Below, one piece after another: positions 35,096-38,591 of a stretch of 38,591 nucleotides of DNA; positions within the stretch are counted from its first letter, which is position 1, and each line of letters opens with the position of its first letter. Both the position numbers and the translations under genes were made by a program. This stretch comes from Candidatus Methylomirabilia bacterium (lineage in GTDB: Bacteria > Methylomirabilota > Methylomirabilia > Rokubacteriales > CSP1-6), in assembly GCA_041497895.1 (NCBI GenBank), contig JBGQHJ010000028.1, forward strand, positions 1-38,591, written 5' to 3'. Under the pieces are notes generated by a model, which saw only the letters and a list, made by a program, of their open reading frames with translations, did not search any database and was not told the DNA's origin.

Positions 35096-37455
35096 GCGAC
35101 CCCCGCCCGTCGAGCGTATTCGGGGCGCCGGCGCCCCGGAAGGAGGATGCGCGGCTCCTCACCGGGCGAGGGCGCTACGTGACCGACGTCGAGCTGCCGC
35201 GCATGCTCCACGTCGCGTTCGTGCGCAGCCCGCACGCGCACGCGCGGATCCGCCGCGTCGACACCGCGGCGGCCCGCGCCGCCGACGGCGTGGCCGCGGT
35301 GGCCACCGGCGCCGACGCGGACTGGGTCCCGCATCGCATCGAGGCCCGCTCCGCGCTGCCCGGCTACGTGATGACCGGCCAGCCGATCCTGGCGTGGCCG
35401 GAGGTGCGCTTCGCGGGCGAGGCCGTCGCCGCGGTCGTCGCGCGCGACCGTTACGCGGCGGAGGACGCGGCCGCGCTGGTCGAGGTGGACTGGGAGCCGC
35501 TCCCGGCCGCGCTCGATCTCGTCGAGCCGGCGGGGGCCGGGGTCGCGGTGCACGAGGCCGCGCCCGACAACGTGCTCCTGGCGCGCCGCTTCGAGAGCGG
35601 CCAGGTGGACGGAGCCCTCGCGGAAGCGGCGACGGTGATCGAGCGCGTGTTCCGCACGAACCGGCAGACCGCGGTGCCGCTCGAGGGCCGCGCCGGGGTG
35701 GCCGACTGGAGCCCGGGGGAGGGCAAGCTCACGCTCTGGCTCGGCACACAGGTGCCGCACCTGGTGCGGCACGCGCTGGCCGAGATGCTCGCGCTGCCGG
35801 AGAACCGCATCCGCGTCGTGGCCCCCGACGTGGGCGGCGGCTTCGGGGTCAAGGCGGTGCTCTATCCGGAGGACGTGGCCCTCTGCCTGCTGGCGATGCG
35901 GCTGGGCCGCCCGGTGAAGTGGGTCGAGCTGCGGGGCGAGGGGTTCCTCGCCTCCGCGCACGCCCGCGATCACCGTTACGAGGTCCGGGCCGGCTTCGAT
36001 CGCGACGGCCGCCTGCTCGCGCTCGACGCGCGGATCGCCTGCAACGCGGGCGCCTACTCGGTGTTCCCGTGGACCGCGGGCATCGAGGCCCTGATGGCGG
36101 GCGGCCTCCTCGCGGGGCCGTACAAGGTCCCGCACTACCGCTGCGAGGTGGCCGCGGTGGCCACCCACACCACGCCCGCCGGGCCCTACCGCGGCGTGGC
36201 GCGTCCGGCCACCACCTTCGTGATGGAGCGGCTGCTCGACCTGGGCGCGCGGGCCCTGGGCCTCGATCCGGTCGCGGTGCGACGGGTCAACCTGATCGGG
36301 CCCGCCGACCTGCCCTACACCTCCGCGACCCGCCTCGTCCACGACTGCGCCAGCTACCCGGTCTGCTTCGAGCGGGCGGTGGAGGCCGTCGGCTACGAGA
36401 CCTTTCGCGCCGAGCAGGCCCGCCTGCGGCGGGAGGGCCGTCACCTGGGCATCGGCTTCGCCAACTACAACGAGCTGACCGGGCTCGGGCAGGCCGCCTC
36501 CGCGGGACCGCGCATGCCCTTTCGCACCGGGCACGAGGGCGCGACGGTGCGCATGGATCCGTCCGGCGCGGTGACGGTGCTGGCCGGCGTCACCTCGCAG
36601 GGGCAGGGGCTCGAGACCACGATGGCGCAGCTCGCGGCGGCCGAGCTCGGGCTGCCGCTCGACGCGGTCCGGGTGATCCTCGGCGACACCGACGCGACCC
36701 CGTTCGGGCTCGGGGCCTTCGCCTCCCGCCAGGCGGTGATCGGCGGCGGGGCGGTCGCCCGCGCGGCGCGGGCGCTCCGCGAGAAGATCACCGCGATCGC
36801 CGCGCACCTCCTGGAGGCAGCCGCCGCGGACCTCGAGGTGGCGGACGGCCGGATCGCGGTGCGCGGGATGCCCGCGCGCGGGCTCTCGATGCTCGACGTC
36901 GCGCGGGTCGCGCACCTCGAGACCCATCGGCTGCCTCCCGAGACGGAGCCGGGCCTCGAGGCCACCCGCTTCTACGATCCGATCCGCGGCACGTTCGCGG
37001 CCGGCGCCCAGGCCGCGGTGGTCGAGGTGGACGTGGCGACCGGCCGCGTGCAGATCCGGCGATACGTCTGCGTCGAGGACACCGGGCGCGTGATCAACCC
37101 GCTCGTCGTCGAGGGCCAGGTGCAGGGCGCGATCGCCCAGGGGATCGGCGGCGCGCTGCTCGAGCATCTCGTCTACGACGAGACCGGGCAGCTCCTCACC
37201 GGGACGCTGATGGAGTACGCGCTGCCGACCGCGGCCGACGTGCCCGCCTTCGAGCTCGCCCACGTCGAGGTGCCGGCGGAGAACCTGCTGGGCGTGCGGG
37301 GGGTGGGCGAGGGCGGCACGCTCGGGCCGCCGGCGGTGCTGGCCAACGCGGTGGCCGACGCCCTCGCGCCGCTCGGGATCGAGGTGAACGAGCTGCCGAT
37401 CACGCCCGCCCGCCTGTGGGATCGCGCGTCCGGCGCGAGGGCCGGCCTCGGTTGA
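35092..37455 (+). CDS. Xanthine dehydrogenase/CoxL-like molybdenum hydroxylase large subunit
   Basis: RKEDARLLTGRGRY, VGGGFGVK, loop PYRGVARP, QGQG and GVGEGG. The start is uncertain (CTG overlapping the CHAT stop). Confidence 0.92.
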   Translation: MSDPRPSSVFGAPAPRKEDARLLTGRGRYVTDVELPRMLHVAFVRSPHAHARIRRVDTAAARAADGVAAVATGADADWVPHRIEARSALPGYVMTGQPILAWPEVRFAGEAVAAVVARDRYAAEDAAALVEVDWEPLPAALDLVEPAGAGVAVHEAAPDNVLLARRFESGQVDGALAEAATVIERVFRTNRQTAVPLEGRAGVADWSPGEGKLTLWLGTQVPHLVRHALAEMLALPENRIRVVAPDVGGGFGVKAVLYPEDVALCLLAMRLGRPVKWVELRGEGFLASAHARDHRYEVRAGFDRDGRLLALDARIACNAGAYSVFPWTAGIEALMAGGLLAGPYKVPHYRCEVAAVATHTTPAGPYRGVARPATTFVMERLLDLGARALGLDPVAVRRVNLIGPADLPYTSATRLVHDCASYPVCFERAVEAVGYETFRAEQARLRREGRHLGIGFANYNELTGLGQAASAGPRMPFRTGHEGATVRMDPSGAVTVLAGVTSQGQGLETTMAQLAAAELGLPLDAVRVILGDTDATPFGLGAFASRQAVIGGGAVARAARALREKITAIAAHLLEAAAADLEVADGRIAVRGMPARGLSMLDVARVAHLETHRLPPETEPGLEATRFYDPIRGTFAAGAQAAVVEVDVATGRVQIRRYVCVEDTGRVINPLVVEGQVQGAIAQGIGGALLEHLVYDETGQLLTGTLMEYALPTAADVPAFELAHVEVPAENLLGVRGVGEGGTLGPPAVLANAVADALAPLGIEVNELPITPARLWDRASGARAGLG

Positions 37456-37480
37456 CACCCTGTAGCACGCTTGTTAACCT
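37452..37480 (+). promoter_or_regulatory. Near-consensus sigma70 promoter for the threonine synthase-like gene
   Basis: TTGACA (37452-37457), 17 bp, then TGn-TAACCT (37475-37480). The ATG is 8 nt downstream with no SD. Confidence 0.75.
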
Positions 37481-37488
37481 CGCCGCCG

Positions 37489-38591
37489 ATGCTGTCCGCT
37501 TCGGTGGTGACCGAGCTCGAGTGTCTTCGCTGTCACGCGGTCTACGATGATCAGCGGCTCTTCACCGGGTGTCCCCGCTGCGCGCAGGAGTCGGTCAACG
37601 TCAACCTCACCGTCCGCGTCCCCGCCGCCGCGGGCGGCCGGCTGACCCCCGCGAGCTTCCCGGCCACGCCGCGCAGCCTGTGGCGCTTCCGCCGGCTGCT
37701 CCCGCTGCCCGACGCGGAGCCGGTCTCGCTCGGCGAGGGCGCGACCCCGCTCGTGCCGCTCGCCCGGCTCGGCCGCCGCCTCGGCGTCCCGCACCTCTTC
37801 GCCAAGGACGAGAGCCAGAATCCGACGTGGTCCTACAAGGACCGGCTCTGCTCGCTGGCGGTGACCCACGCGGTGGCCACCGGAGCGCGGGTGATCACGA
37901 TCGCGTCGACCGGCAACCACGGGGCCTCCACCGCGGCGTACGCGGCCCGGGCCGGGCTGCCGTGCGTGATCTTCACGATGGCCTCGGTGCCCGACACCAT
38001 GAAGACCCTGATGCAGTCCTACGGCGCCGCGGTGGTGGCCTGCGCCACCTCCGAGCAGCGGTGGACGCTGATGCGCGAGGGCATCGACCGGTGCGGGTGG
38101 TACCCGACCAGCGGCTGGGTGGTGCCGCCGATCGGCTCGAATCCGTTCGGGGTGGAGGGCTACAAGACCATCGCCTACGAGATCGCGGAGGACCTCGGCT
38201 GGACCGCGCCCGACGTGGTCGCGGTGCCGAGCTGCTACAGCGACGGCCTCTTCGGCATCTGGAAGGGCTGGGTCGAGCTCGAGCGCCTGGGCCTGGTGAA
38301 GACGCGTCCCCGCATGCTCGCGGCCGAGCCGTTCGGCCCCCTCGCCAACGCGCTCGCCCGGAAGCTCGAGACGCCGGAGAAGGTGGCCGCGGGCTCGTCG
38401 GTGGCCTTCTCGATCGCCTCGCCCTACGGGACCTACCAGGGCCTCACCGCGCTGCGCGACTCCGAGGGCTCGGGCGTGCCGATCACCGACGAGGGCATCT
38501 TCGAGGCGCAGCGGGCGCTCGCGAGCGAGGAGGGGCTCTACGCCGAGCCCTCCGCGGTGGTGGGGCTGACCGCGGTGATGCAGCAGGCCCG
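37489..38591 (+). CDS. Threonine synthase-like PLP enzyme, runs off the window end
   Basis: N-terminal CLRC/CPRC, SLGEGATPL, KDESQNPTWSYKDR, ASTGNHGAS and EGYKTIAYE. The frame is open to the end of the window. Confidence 0.9.
   Translation, partial: MLSASVVTELECLRCHAVYDDQRLFTGCPRCAQESVNVNLTVRVPAAAGGRLTPASFPATPRSLWRFRRLLPLPDAEPVSLGEGATPLVPLARLGRRLGVPHLFAKDESQNPTWSYKDRLCSLAVTHAVATGARVITIASTGNHGASTAAYAARAGLPCVIFTMASVPDTMKTLMQSYGAAVVACATSEQRWTLMREGIDRCGWYPTSGWVVPPIGSNPFGVEGYKTIAYEIAEDLGWTAPDVVAVPSCYSDGLFGIWKGWVELERLGLVKTRPRMLAAEPFGPLANALARKLETPEKVAAGSSVAFSIASPYGTYQGLTALRDSEGSGVPITDEGIFEAQRALASEEGLYAEPSAVVGLTAVMQQA

Noticed and set aside
34168..37455. 1095-aa ORF or a CHAT-Xdh fusion
   Set aside because: The upstream part is an off-frame overlap of the CHAT gene. 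Recognisable family motifs begin only after 35092.
35092..37455. Aerobic CO dehydrogenase coxL (form I)
   Set aside because: It lacks the AYxCSFR loop and adjacent coxS/coxM genes.
1..38591. CRISPR array, rRNA, transposase or integrase genes
   Set aside because: No regularly spaced direct repeats or matching motifs were seen. The many long Arg/Pro/Ala-rich ORFs in the track are antisense or off-frame shadows typical of high-GC DNA.

Overview
Very GC-rich bacterial DNA. The gene content and small-protein families are reminiscent of Candidatus Rokubacteria/Methylomirabilota, but this is an inference and was not tested. Bases 1-4118 look like the right end of an island integrated at a tRNA-Glu gene. 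This part carries a TtrA/SrdA-like molybdopterin oxidoreductase, a 4Fe-4S subunit, a TorD chaperone, a His-containing membrane protein and arsC, and ends in an isolated tRNA 3' fragment (att site). Bases 4.3-15.9 kb form an accessory-looking zone with pseudogenes, a CHASE2-like membrane protein, a GAF hybrid kinase, a TMTC-like glycosyltransferase and a family 1 encapsulin with its ferritin-like cargo. The best candidate for an undescribed system is also here. Four paralogous ~67-97 aa CxxC...CxxC/CxC microproteins (three translationally coupled in tandem) sit next to a ribbon-helix-helix gene and a tandem-domain protein, and two AT-rich promoters share a 17-bp motif. Bases 16-38.6 kb are ordinary catabolic genes: CoA-transferase, shikimate-DH-like, tcuAB, amidase, hydrolases, HpaB-like oxygenase, PIG-L, FGase, AKR, GGT, CHAT protease, Xdh/CoxL-like subunit and threonine synthase. 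This part also contains a 127-bp palindromic MITE-like element. Many genes in the window appear to be leaderless.
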